Source of the DNA: the human T2T-CHM13v2.0 reference genome, Homo sapiens
DNA length: 64,000 bases
NCBI RefSeq assembly: GCF_009914755.1
Contig: NC_060930.1
Reading direction: 5' to 3' (one strand)
Shown: piece by piece, positions 44,702-58,166 of the stretch
Layout of the letters: every line of letters starts with the position of its first letter
Position numbering within the stretch: the first letter of the stretch is position 1
The notes under the pieces: generated by a model
The model's database searches: none
Told to the model about the DNA's origin: nothing
Seen by the model: only the letters and a program-made list of their open reading frames with translations
Translations under genes and position numbers: made by a program

Positions 44702-46388
44702 ATGGGAAACACTCAGGCATCAACAGGCTCACCCTTGAAATGCCTAGGCCATTGGGACCAATTTGACCCGCAAACCCTGAAAAAGAGGTGGCTCATTTTT
44801 TTTCTGCACTATGGCTTGGTCCCAGTTTTCTCTCTCTTATGGGGAAAAATGGCCACCTGAGGGAAGTATACATTACAATACTATCCTTCAGCTTGACCTT
44901 TTCTGTAAGAGGGAAGGCAAATGGAGTGAAATGCCTTATGTCCAAGCTTTCTTTTCATTGAAGAATACACAACTATGCAAAGCTTGTAATTTACATCCCA
45001 CAGGAGGACCTTTCAGCTTACCCCCATATCCTAGCCTCCCTATAGTTCCCTTCCTATTAATGGTAAGCCTCCTCTAATCTCCCCTGCCCAGAAGGAAATA
45101 AGCAAAGAAATCTCCAAGGGACCACAAAAACCCCTGGGCTATCAGTTGTGTCCCCTTCAAGCTGTAGAGGGAGGGGAATTTGGCCCAACCCAGGTACATG
45201 TCCCCTTCTCCCTCTCTGATTTAAAGCAGATCAAGGCAAACCTGCAGAAGTTTTCAGATGATCCTGACAGGTACATAGATGTCCTACAGGGTCTAGGGCA
45301 AACCTTCAATCTCACTTGGAGAGATGTCATGCTATTATTAGATCAAACCCTGGCCTTTAATGAAAAGAATGTGGCTTTAGCTACAGCCTGAGAGTTTGGA
45401 GATACCTGGTATCTTAGTCAAGTAAATGATAGAATGACAGCCAAAGAAAGGAACAAATTCCCTACCAGTCAGCAAGCCATCCCCAGTATGGATCCCCACT
45501 GGGACCTCGACTCAGATCATGGGGACTGCAGTCATAAACATCTGCTGACCTGTGTTCTAGAAGGACTAAGGAGAATTAGGAAAAAGCCCATGAATTATTC
45601 AATGATGTCCACCATAACTCAGGGAAAGGAAGAAAATCCTTCTGCCTTCCTCAAGCAGCTACAGGAGGCCTTAAGAAAATATACTCCACTGTCATCTGAC
45701 TCACTTGAGGGTCAGTTGATTCTAAAAGATAAGTTTATTACCCGATCAGCTGCAGATACCAGGAGAAAGCTCCAAAAGCAAGCCCTGGGCCCTGAACAAA
45801 ATGTGGAGACATTATTAAATCTGGTAACCTTGGTGTTCTATAATAGGGACCAAGAGGAACAGGCCCAAAAGGAAAAGTGAGATCAGAGAAAGGCCGCAGC
45901 CTTAGTCATGGCGCTCAGACAAACAAACCTTGGTGGTTCAGAGAGAACAGAAAATGGAGCAGGCCAATCACCCAGTAGGGTTTGTTATCAGTGTGGTTTA
46001 CAAGGACACTTTAAAAAAGATTGTCCAACAAGAAACAAGCCACCCCCTCGTCCATGTCCGCTATGCTGAGGCAATCACTGGAAGGCACACTGCCCCAGAG
46101 TGCAATAGTTCTCTGGGCCAGAAGCCCCCAACCAGATGATCCAACAATAGGACTGAGGGTGCCTGGGGCAAGTGCCAGCTCATGTCATCACCCTCACTTA
46201 GCCCCGGGTACGTATAACCATCGAGGTCCAGGAAATTGACTTCCTCCTGGACACTGGCGCGGCTTTCTCAGTGTTAATCTCCGGTCCCAGACAGCTGTCC
46301 TCAAGGTCCATTACCATCAGAGGAATCCTGGGACAGCCTGTAACCAGGTATTTCTCCTACCTCCTCAGTTGTAATTGGGAGACTTTGC
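44702..46388 (+). pseudogene. gag: Disrupted gag-pro
   Basis: It starts MGNTQASTGSPLKC and includes capsid pieces (QGKEENPSAFL), the zinc knuckle CYQCGLQGHFKKDC (about 45983) and protease FLLDTGA (about 46241). There are several stops and frameshifts. Confidence 0.9.
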
Positions 46389-47529
46389 TACAGATAGTAA
46401 GTATGCTTATCTAATCCTACATGGCTATGCTGCAATATGGAAAGAAAGGAAGTTCCTAACCTCTGGGGGAACCCCGATTAAATACCACAAGGAAATTATG
46501 GGGTTATTGCATGCAGTGCAAAAACCCAAGGAAGTGGCAGTCTTACACTGCTGAAGCCATCAAAAAGGGGAAGGAGAGGGTAGAACAGCAGCATAAGCAG
46601 CTGGCAGAGGCAGGGAAAGACCAGGAGAAAGGAAAGAGAGAAAGAGAGAGACAAAGAGGAAGTCAGAGAGACAGAGAGGAAGGGAGAGACAAAAAAGGAA
46701 GCCAGAGAGAGAGAAAGAGAGAGACAGAGAGTCAAAGAGAGAAAGAGACGGAGACAAAGAGGGAGTTGGAGAGAGAGAAAGAGAGACACGGAAAGTCAAA
46801 GAGAGAGAGGAAGAGACAGACAAAGAGGGAGTCAGAAAGAGAGAGATGAAGAAGTCAAAGGGAGAGATGGAAGTAGTAAACAAAAAACAGTGTACCCTAT
46901 TCCTTTAAAAGTCAGGGTAAAGTTAAAACCTATAATGGATAATTGAAGGTCTTCTCTGTAACCCTGTAACACTCCAATATCACCTTGTTGTCAATGTAAA
47001 CAAGGGCGTTGCCGGAAAGCACTAAGGCCACTGACAACCTGTAGCCTTCCTATCAAAAATCCTTAATCAGCAGGATTCCTAACAGGGGATCTAAATCTTA
47101 ATTAATTACCATACAAAGGTCTGACAAGATCTAGGAGGAACTCCCTTCAGGACAGGAGGATAGATAGTTCCTCCCGGGGGATTAAGGAAAAAAGACAAAA
47201 TGCGTATTCAGTAAATGATAAGGAAACTCTTGTAGAAGCAGAATTAGGAAAATTGCCTAATAATTGGTTTGCTCAAATGTGCAAGCTGTTTGCACTCAGC
47301 CAAACCTTAAAGTACTTACAGAATCAGGAAGAAGCCATCTATACCAATTCTAAGTTAACATGGACTGAACGAGGTCTTACTAATAGCAAAGAATAATTGA
47401 GATCCCAAACTTACAAGGTGTTCAACAAAAGTAAAGTTTGCTAAAAGTTAACAGTGTAAACATATATTATGCTAACTTCTAATCTTGTGGAAATCAGACA
47501 CCATCAGTACCCCTCAAAGCTCAAGTCTG

Positions 47530-48195
47530 TCAGCGCAGAGCTATACAACTAATACACCTACTTATAGGGTTAGGAATGGCTACTGCTACAGGAACCGGAA
47601 TTGTCAGTTTATCTACTTCATTATCCTACTACCACACACTCTCAAAGGATTTCTCAGACAGTTTGCAAGAAATGATGAAATCTATCCTTACTCTACAATC
47701 CCAATAGACTCTTTGGCAGCAGTGACTCTCCAAAACCGCCGAGGCCTAGACCTCCTCACTGCTGAGTAAGGAGGACTCTGCACCTTCTTAGGTGAAGAGT
47801 GTTGTTTTTACACTAACCAGTCAGGGACAGTACAAGATGCCACCCGGCGTTTACAGGAAAAGGCTTCTGAATGCCTTTCAAATTCTTATACCAACCTCTG
47901 GAGTCGGGCAACATGGTTTCTCCCCTTTCTAGGTCCCATGGCAGCCATCTTGCTATTACTCGCCTTCAGGCCCTGTATTTTTAACCTCCTTGTCAAATTT
48001 GTTTCCTCTAGGATCGAGGCCATCAAGCTACAGATGGTCTTACAAATGGAACCCCAAATGAGCTCAACTAACAACTTCTATCGAGGACCCCTGGACCGAC
48101 CTCCTGGCCCTTTCACTGACCTAAAGAGTTCCCCTCTGGAGGACACTACAATTACAGGGCCTCTTCTTCACCCCTGTCCAGCAGGAAGTAGCTAG
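47530..48195 (+). pseudogene. env: env transmembrane-subunit remnant
   Basis: It has the immunosuppressive motif LQNRRGLDLLTAE followed by a stop, then CTFLGEECC, a TM anchor and the tail VSSRIEAIKLQMVLQMEP. Confidence 0.9.
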
Positions 48196-48251
48196 AGCAG
48201 TCACTGCCCAATTCCCAATAGCAGTTGGCGTGTCCTGTTTAGAGGGGGGAT

Positions 48252-49077
48252 TGAGACGTTAAGCCGGCTGAGCTTCTGCATCAGGTGGGAACTTGGCGAA
48301 CTTTTCTGTCTAGCTAAAGGATTGTAAACGCTCCAATCAGCACTCTGTGTCTAGCTAAAGTTTGTAAACGCACCAATCAGCCCTCTGTAAAAACGCACCA
48401 GTCAGTGCTCTATGCCTAGGTAAAGGTTTGTAAATGCACCGATCAGCACGCTGTAAAAACACACCAATCAGCACTCTGTAAAATGGATCAATCAGCAGGA
48501 CATTGGTGGGGTCAAATTAGGGAATAAATGCTGGCCACCCAAGCCAGCAGCGGCAACCCACTTGGGTCCCCTTCCACACTGTGGAAGCTTTGTTCTTTCA
48601 CTCTTTGCAATAAATCTTGCTGCTGCTCACACTTTGGGTCTGCACTACCTTTATGAGCTCTAACACCTACCACAAAGGTCTGCAGCTTCACTCCTGAAGC
48701 CAGCGAGACCACGAACCCACCGGGAGGAACAAACAACTCTGGATGCGCCCCTTTAAGAGCTATAACACTCACTGCGAAGGTCTGCAGCTTCACTCCTGAA
48801 GTCTGCAAGAAACCCACCGGGAGGAATGAACAACTCGGGATGCGCCACCTTTAAGAGCTGTAACACTCACTGTGAAGGTCTGTGGCTTCACTCCTGAAGT
48901 CAGCAAGACCATGAACCCACCAGAATGAAGAAACTCCAGACACATCTGAACATCTGAAGGAACAAACTCCGGACATACCATCTTTAAGAACTGTAACACT
49001 CACTGCGAGGGTCCGCGGCTTCATTCTTAAAGTCAGTGAGACCAAGAACCCATCAGAAGGAACCAATTCCGGACACA
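48252..49077 (+). promoter_or_regulatory. 3' LTR12
   Basis: It follows the polypurine tract, is homologous to the 5' LTR, and has one extra ~100-bp U5 unit. Confidence 0.92.
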
Positions 49078-50346
49078 GTGATACATGCAAACCCATATCT
49101 AGAATGTATTGCTCCCCGTCAAGCTGACTTGCTGCATCTTCCAAGGAGGAAGGGGCCCAATGTAGTCAACTTGCCACCAAATGGCTGGTTGGCCTCCTTG
49201 AGATATGATGCTGTATCAAGGGCAGCATTTATTTCTATTGTTGATGGGCTGGACATTTGGCAGCACTAGCTAATGTAAGTCATGGTGAATGGCAGCCCAT
49301 ACTGTTCGCCTGCACATAGCTTTCATCTCTGCCCACATGTCTATTTGGTTCATGAACTTGTTGTGCCAGCACTGAGATGGTCAATTATAAAGAAAAGCTC
49401 AGGTTAAAGAGCTGAGACACTGTATTTACTTTTTGCTTGGTGCCTCTTCCAGGGTGGATGCTACCTGTGGGTGTTAACATGCAATCCAAAAATGTTTACA
49501 CTTTGTATCCACTTCAAACGTAAACTCCTGTGACTCCTTCTCAAAACTTACCACATACATTTTCTCTTTACCCTTTCAGGCCCCTGTCCAAGCAGCCAGG
49601 CCCTCTGCGTCTATCATGAGCCCTCACAGATGTTTACCTTAGGCCATGTCACTTTCAACACAAAGGTAATGACTAGTTGCACCTGCAAGAGTGCTACCCA
49701 CTGGAGAATTTCCCCTGCCTGCTACCGTGCAGGGACACCCCGAGTGAGCTGTAATGCAGCAGCTGTCTGTTTTCCACTGCATGAGTGACCTGCAATCTAT
49801 GCTCGTTCTTTTTTCTTTTCCATCAGGTGGTCATAAAAGCCCTCTGTCCTATATTGACACAGATATTAGTTCAGAGAGGGAATCCAATGCATCAGTGGTA
49901 GGTATTATGGAAGTCTAAGTCATCTGCTCATATGGCTTACTTTTAAAATTAAGGTCATCTCCAAAAGATGGCATGGTTCCACCAGTATGGTATCACAGAT
50001 ATGGCATATGTCCAAAGTCATCAAATTGTATACATTATACATGTGCAGGATTTTTTTGGGGGGTACATCAACTATACCTAATTAAGATTACATCAAAAAC
50101 TGGTAAGTGCTATGAAAAAATTATATGAATCAGGATAATGAGATAGGGATTGACTGTTGGGTGAACATGGAAGGCTACAAGGTGGCATTCGAGAAGACCT
50201 GAATGAGATGAAACCATGTCAGGTTATGACAATAGGGAAAAACATTCTAGATAGAGTGATTGTGTCCCTGGGTCAAATCATACCTGAGGTCAGTGGCCAG
50301 TTTTATTCTCTATCTGCCACTATCTTCCTTTAAAAAAAAAATTGAT

Positions 50347-50661
50347 GCCAGGCATGATGGCTCATGCCTATAATCCCAGCACTTTGGGAGGCCGAGGCAG
50401 GCGGATCACCTGGAGGTCAGGAATTTGAGACCAGTCTGGCAAACATGGTGAAACCCTGTCTCTACTAAAAATACAAAAATTAGCTGGGTGTGGTGGTGCG
50501 CACCTGTAATGTCAGCTACTCAGGAGGCTGAGGCAGAAGAATCGCTTGAACCTGGGAGGTGGAGATTGATTGCAGTGAGCCGAGATCACACCATTGCACT
50601 CCAGCCTGGGTGATAGAGTGAGACTCCTTCTAAAAAAAAAAAAAGAAAGAAAGAAAAAAAA

Positions 50662-50704
<43 letters not shown>

Positions 50705-50730
50705 CCCTCTCTCTCTCTCACACACACACA
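50347..50730 (+). mobile_element. AluS with a tail extended into a (CA)n(CT)n(CA)n microsatellite
   Basis: The Alu runs to about 50662 and the compound microsatellite spans 50663-50730. Confidence 0.93.
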
Positions 50731-50778
50731 TATCAGCTCATTTAAATTAAAATTTGTGATTTTGACCAAATAATTCTA

Positions 50779-51135
50779 TTGTAGACTGCATGTTTGTGTT
50801 CCCTGCAAATTCACATAGTGAAACTCCAACCCTCTAGGGATGGTGTTAGGAGGTGTAAATGTTGGTAGGTGATTGGGTTCAGATGAGGTCATGAGGGTGG
50901 GAGCTCTCAGGATGGAATTCATGCCCTTGTAAGAAAAGAAAGAGACTAGAATTTGTTCTCTCAGCCTTATTAGGATCCGAGGAGAAGACAGCCATCCACG
51001 AACCAGGAACAGAACCCAACCAGACACCAGATCTGCCAGCACCTTGATGTTAAGCTTCCAGCCTCCAAAAATAAATGTGTGTTGTTTATCCTATGCAGTG
51101 TATTTTTGATACAGTAGCCCAAACTGACTAAAACA
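50779..51135 (+). mobile_element. MLT1A0-like LTR
   Basis: tgtagactgcatgtttgtgttccc...gatgaggtcatgagggtgggagc...agcccaaactgactaaaaca. Confidence 0.8.
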
Positions 51136-51257
51136 AATCCTAATATAAATCCTAGTATTAATACACTGTGTTGGGGTGGAGTTGGGATGGTGAGCCTATT
51201 TTCTGTGAATAATAAAAAAAAAAGTTAATAATAATAATTGTAAGATTTGCAGGGACC

Positions 51258-51745
51258 ATGTGGCAATAATTAGTTGGCTACCCAAAAGCACCTTCCAATC
51301 CAACTGTCCCTTGCCCTCCTCCAACTATAGAGGCTGGAAAAGTCTAGATATTGCTTTTTCCAACTTCCCCTTGTAATGAAGAGTGGGCACATGACCCAGT
51401 TGTGGACCATGAGATGCAAGGGGAATGTTGCTGAAAGGATTCTGAGAAAGTGAATCCTCTCCCTAGCAGAAGGGAAAACACAAATAAGTTCACTCCCCAC
51501 TAGCTCCTCTTTCCCTTTGAATGTGATCTTGTTATTCAGAGCTCGTCAAATCATGAGGGTCAAAGGAGAGAATCATGGAGAGGCTGAGCCAGAATGCTGA
51601 CACAGCCATGCCATAGAAAGAATACCAGCAACTGCCTGCTTATCAACTCCTTGTTGCCTGAGAAAAATGGACTTCTCATCATTTAGGCCATTGGTATTTG
51701 GCTTTCCTTTTATTTGCAATTTGAAAGTATTATTTACTTATACTG
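51258..51745 (+). mobile_element. ERVL LTR (LTR16/LTR33-like)
   Basis: The core gggcacatgacccagttgtggaccatgagatgcaagggga is typical of these LTRs. Confidence 0.55.
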
Positions 51746-54700
51746 ACTGCCGTAATACATTGAATTCCTAAAACCCAGCAAGACCTAGAATAGGAATTGG
51801 CATTAAATAAAAATCTACTGCGTAAACAAAACTAAAGAGAGTTGAAAAATATAAGAAAGCAGAATACAGCCATCATCATGTTTGCCTTGATGGAGTCACT
51901 CAAGTCACAAAGCCAGGAAACCAAAGGAACTAAGTTTCTGCTAGTTTTGTTTTAAATATTCAGGATGGCCTTTCAGTTGAATGGCAAAGGTAAAAGAATA
52001 ATTGAATTATTTATTGATTTAGATGCTGGAGTTGGTGCTATGTGTGTGTGTTTCGTAGGCGACAGAATGATTATTAAATGCACACTGCACATATGGGCAG
52101 CAAGTGTCATTTAGAGAGATAGCTGTGAGATTTGCTAGCAAAATATTTCTCAGCAAAACTGCTCTGTGTGTGTATGAGTGTGTGTGACTGTGTGTGTGTG
52201 TATGTGTTCAGAAGCAATTCACAGCACTAGGATTGCATCTGCCTGGAGGCAATCACAGACAACGCACACACAAATACATTCAGAAACATGGGGAAAATCT
52301 GTTTTTATGTGAAATGTTACATTTCCCATACTATTCTTCATAACCGCACATTAATTATTAGGTCCTACTTGGTAAAAACAAAACAAAACACTCAATATGT
52401 TATTCAGGAGAACTCTGTATTAAATGGAAAAAAAGGATTAGAATATGATGTGAGAAAGTGAATACTTAAATGCCTTCTAAATTAGCTCTGAATGGAAACA
52501 TCTAATACTAAATTAGGAAATTAAAAATTCCTGAATGTCGGGGATTCTCAAAATGAAGGGAAACTGCAATAACCCCTCTGTAAAGCAAATCAAAATAGAA
52601 CTACCCCCAGGGATAAAAGCCACAGTGAGAATTTGAACTCAAGTCCTATGAAGCCAGAAGGCAACACCGCCTTTCTCCAATGGTAAAGAGCCACATAGAC
52701 GAATAGTAGCTGAGATGTCTGAATTCATCTTCTAGAATCTTTGAGTACATTTAGAAATTAATTTCCATTTATATAGCAATTGATCAGATAGTTTTAAAAA
52801 TAGCTCATCATCCAGTGTCCTGAAGTCATGAGCAAAGCTTGTGAAAAATAAAAATCCTCTTGTTTTCCTTCAAGAGTGTCACAACAGTCTTTTCATTTAT
52901 TTTCAGAAAGCAGCAGACAGAGAATAAGGGCAGATTGCCAAATATGAGACTAGGGATGTCCTTGAAGACAGCCTAAACCAAAACAAACACAAAAACAAAC
53001 ATGTCTACAATTAAAAGACAGTAACACTGCATTACAATTAGTTGTCTCAGGAAGTAAAGATGTTTTCAGTTAACTGAATGGGTAACAATTACTTGGATTA
53101 TTGTCATACTTAAAATGTCAGCGTTAAATGATTGCTTTAAGCACATAATAATAAATTCTGCATTCTTAAGTGGCAAATACAACAAAGCCAAATATAGAGA
53201 ACGTTGTTACTGGAAGCAAAATTAAGCATTAACAAAAACCTGCAACACACATTTTTAAAACAGAGGGAACAAAAGAGGGATAGCTGGAGATAAACAAGGA
53301 TTGTTCTGATATTCACCACTTGCCTTAGAGTTAGGAACGGGTCAAAAACTCATGGAGAAAACCTGTTTGAGGCACGCCCACCATTTCAGAAGTAAACACA
53401 TAAGGAGGGATGACTACAGAGAATTGTATAGAACCTTCAAGACCTCTTCCTGGAAATATAGGTTAATTATAGTATTTAGGAAAATAGCATTGCTTAATTT
53501 CACACCTGCGATTAAATCCAACATGATTTCCTGGGATATGTTACAATCACATCGTAAGTCCTTGCAAACCATATTTTTCCCGTGTCGCTGTTAATTGCAG
53601 AGGATTAACAAATAACAAGTGCCATTTGCTTACACTGCCACTGTCAGCAGCATATCTCTCCTTTTCTCCAATATACGTTCTTACTTCCTTTTGAATCACC
53701 AAGTCCCCCAAACAAACCTAAAGCTCTCAGTGATTCAGCTGAGGCAAGTTCATCCATCCTGTAAGCCATGCCACCTGAAAACAATACCACAGAGCAGGAA
53801 GTTAGATCTAGCTGCAAAATTGTGGGAAGGGTTAGTTCTTCCCTTTGGAAGTTAGAGTTTAATTGGACGTATTAGATATTCTTCTATTCATCACCCATGA
53901 CTTAACTGCACTGATTTTCTGTACTGATAACAATGGAGCACAAATACAATGGACTCTGTCCTTCCCCTTCTGCGAGGAGAGAAGACATACCACAGCCCTG
54001 TTGTTAATTGTCTAGTTGGAAAGTTCTAAAAGGTATGGAGCGGATAAGAGGCCACTTGTAGCTGGAAATAAATGTTTAAGGACCATCTGCTGGGAAAAAT
54101 GGTTTGGGAGATGGACTCTGAAGGACTGGTAGGATTTGGGCTGGCAAAAGTGTAAGAGTCTGAGGATTATATAACAATGTGAAAGAATCCAAGAAGAGGG
54201 ACATGGCAGAGTGACAAGGCAACCTTAGCTGCCTTCCATCTTTCTTCACAGAGAGAGGAAATATTTCCCTCCTAAAAAGGCCTTGAGCAATAAGTAAATT
54301 TTTAAAAAGACTCACTTGCTCTTTGTTGTCAATATCCAGAATTATATACGTCTCAAAAAGAAAATAAAGAAGAAAAAGCTAATCTATTCTTTCTGCTTAG
54401 ACAAAAATATAATGTTTTATATTGGGCCAAGCTATTAAGGTACTTCTCACTCAGAATTTGTACACCTAACACAGCTGATAAGAGCTTCCAAGCTCAGAAC
54501 TTGAAGGAAAATCTATAATTTCCTATTATTATCATTCTTATATTCCATTCAAGATTAGACTTTCTTTGAAAAGTATGATTTAATAAACAAACAAGCAAAT
54601 CAGACAATCACACCAAATGCTGAACCCAGAAAGCATTATGTGCACTTCATCATAATTCAGGACACACATGAGTGACTAAAGGTTGTGGTACCATAATGCC

Positions 54701-56953
54701 TATCAGTAGACCATTCTGAAATTGGTCCACTGAAATAATGACTCAAAAATTGTGGTAAAGTTTAAATATGCGCCCTGCCACAGGCAGCATGAGTGTCACC
54801 TCATGTCATCACAATTTATTTGTGCTGGGTTCCAAAACAGTAAGAATATGGAAACAATAATTGGAATTGTCTTTTCAAAGGCCTTTCAACTTGTTTGCTT
54901 CCATAGTCTAAAGATTGTGGATTTTAGCTTTAGTGGGCAATAGGTTTCAAAGCAGCTAGCTATTTTCCAGCCATGAGGAATGAGATAGATTACTTTGTCT
55001 GAAGGGTAACTTTATCTACTTTTCAAAAACAGGAATAACACATTCCTGAAAAAGTTTCTTAAGAGGGAAAATTTGGGAGACACATAGCTATACTGAGTCA
55101 ATGCCACCTTATCATAATAGCAAAATAATTGAATCACTACTTACCCATTTAATAAACATTAACGGAGTGTCCACAAGATATAAAGAAGACAGAGTGAGCA
55201 TGTTTACAAGGGGACCTGAATCCAAAGTACTTAAAGCATCTTCCAGCTGCCTGTGCTAAAAGTGAGGAGATAGCCAAACACTCCACAGTGTGCTTTTTGA
55301 ATGTTTCTTTTACACTATTTTTCTACTAATTTCTAACATAGGGAGAACTTCATTAGATAGTCACCCAACTAATGAGGAAAAGGAGAATACGTTAAATGTT
55401 GTTGAAACAATATCCATAACCTGTTCTAAGTCTATAACATTCCTCAGACTTCTCTTCCGGAACCATGTACAAGTAAATGTGCTATTTTAATTATTAAATA
55501 AGGAAAATAGGGCAAATTTAACATAAACCAAGGTTGTTTTATTGTAACTGCTGTGAATATTAATATTAGAAGAAAGAATTATTAATGCATCTATTTAGAC
55601 CTTAGGGTCCAATTTCTTTTAAACGCTTTTGTATAATGAAAAAGTAAGGCCAATTGTTTGGGGAATCAGGCTACCCTGGGAAAATACTTCCTTTCCATTT
55701 AACAGTTATTATTTTTAAAAAATTCATTAAAACCGTTTATCTGATTGGCACTATCCTAGGCACTAAATTGATCAGCGAAAATTACATTTTTAAAACCAGG
55801 GTATTTTAAATAATGGATTTTTAGAATGTTTTGAGAATTTTTATATATTTCAAGAAACCAAATGCTTATTTTTTCTAGAAATTGCACAACCTAGAATAAG
55901 TCTTAAGCATTTACTGGAAGACCGCAAGAGTGTCACTTAAATAAATATCAAAGCAACGTGTCCTCACGAGAAGTTGAGGCCTGAGATTTATTTGAATCCG
56001 CTACTTTAAAAAATCCAGAAACCATTATAGTCAAGAAATTCAAGTATTACTCTTCTCTTCTCTTCTCTTTTGTCTTCTGCCATTTAATGAAGAGCAGGGA
56101 GCCAAACGCCACCAGGCACTAATGCTGGCATGGCCCATTCTAGGCCAATAAGTTGCCAAGAAATGTTCTCTGGACACTGGCATTTGCATCCAGCACTACA
56201 AAACCATACTGTAGTGCCACTGTATCTATATACAAGATGAATGAATAAATCCGCAATAGATGAAGTACTAAAAGCATCTAATTTCCAATGCAGTGCTTCC
56301 AGCAACAACTGAAATTAAAAAACTTCTAAAACACAACTATAGAACATGCTATCTTGTTGTGAGTGCACTGAAGCAAAGGTTAACAATAAAATAAAAGAAG
56401 GAATGAATATGCATCTATAGCTGGGATGTCGTGCCTGCCTGATAGGCCTTGGCAACAACCATTGTATTTGTCAGATCCCATATAAGTTTGGAAGGTTCAT
56501 GGTTTTAGAGCAAGGAAACGTTTTTCCATTTTTTTTAGTGAGACTCAAACTGGAAATGCCAAACTGCAATTTCCATTAAAGACACTTATGACTATGTCAG
56601 ATTGTCTGCCAAGTTCTATACCTTGAACAAGTATAGGTAAACAGGAATTCAGTTCAGTAGGACCAGGGTCCATATGTCTACTAGTTTACATACTCCTACA
56701 TTGGGGAAACATTAAGAATAAAGTCTGCATTCCATAAAAACTGTTGCCATAGTTTGGAATTTGTTTCATGCTTTCCTGTGCTGGGGGTCAACTTGGAAAA
56801 GCTAAGAGCTACATTTCCTAGAATCTCCTTCCCTATAGGGAAGAGTTTTGGGTTGCAATCACTCAAAAACAGAGCCAGTGTATTCATTAAAAAGCCAGAG
56901 ACTCCTGTTAAGCCCTCATAGAACCTCCACACCCATGGAGTAAAGACTTCATA

Positions 56954-58166
<1,213 letters not shown>

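Larger units (their letters stand above)
42628..49077 (+). mobile_element. HERV9-family provirus (two LTR12, internally deleted, HERV9N-like)
   Basis: The order is 5' LTR, Arg primer-binding site, gag, pro, RNase H piece, env TM piece, polypurine tract agagggggga (48241-48250), 3' LTR. Confidence 0.93.

Noticed and set aside
46496-46883. ER-rich and SL-rich ORFs
   Set aside because: They are translations of the low-complexity GA tract inside HERV9.
47938-48195. Syncytin-like exapted env
   Set aside because: Only a TM remnant remains. It has a stop right after the immunosuppressive motif and no SU or signal peptide.
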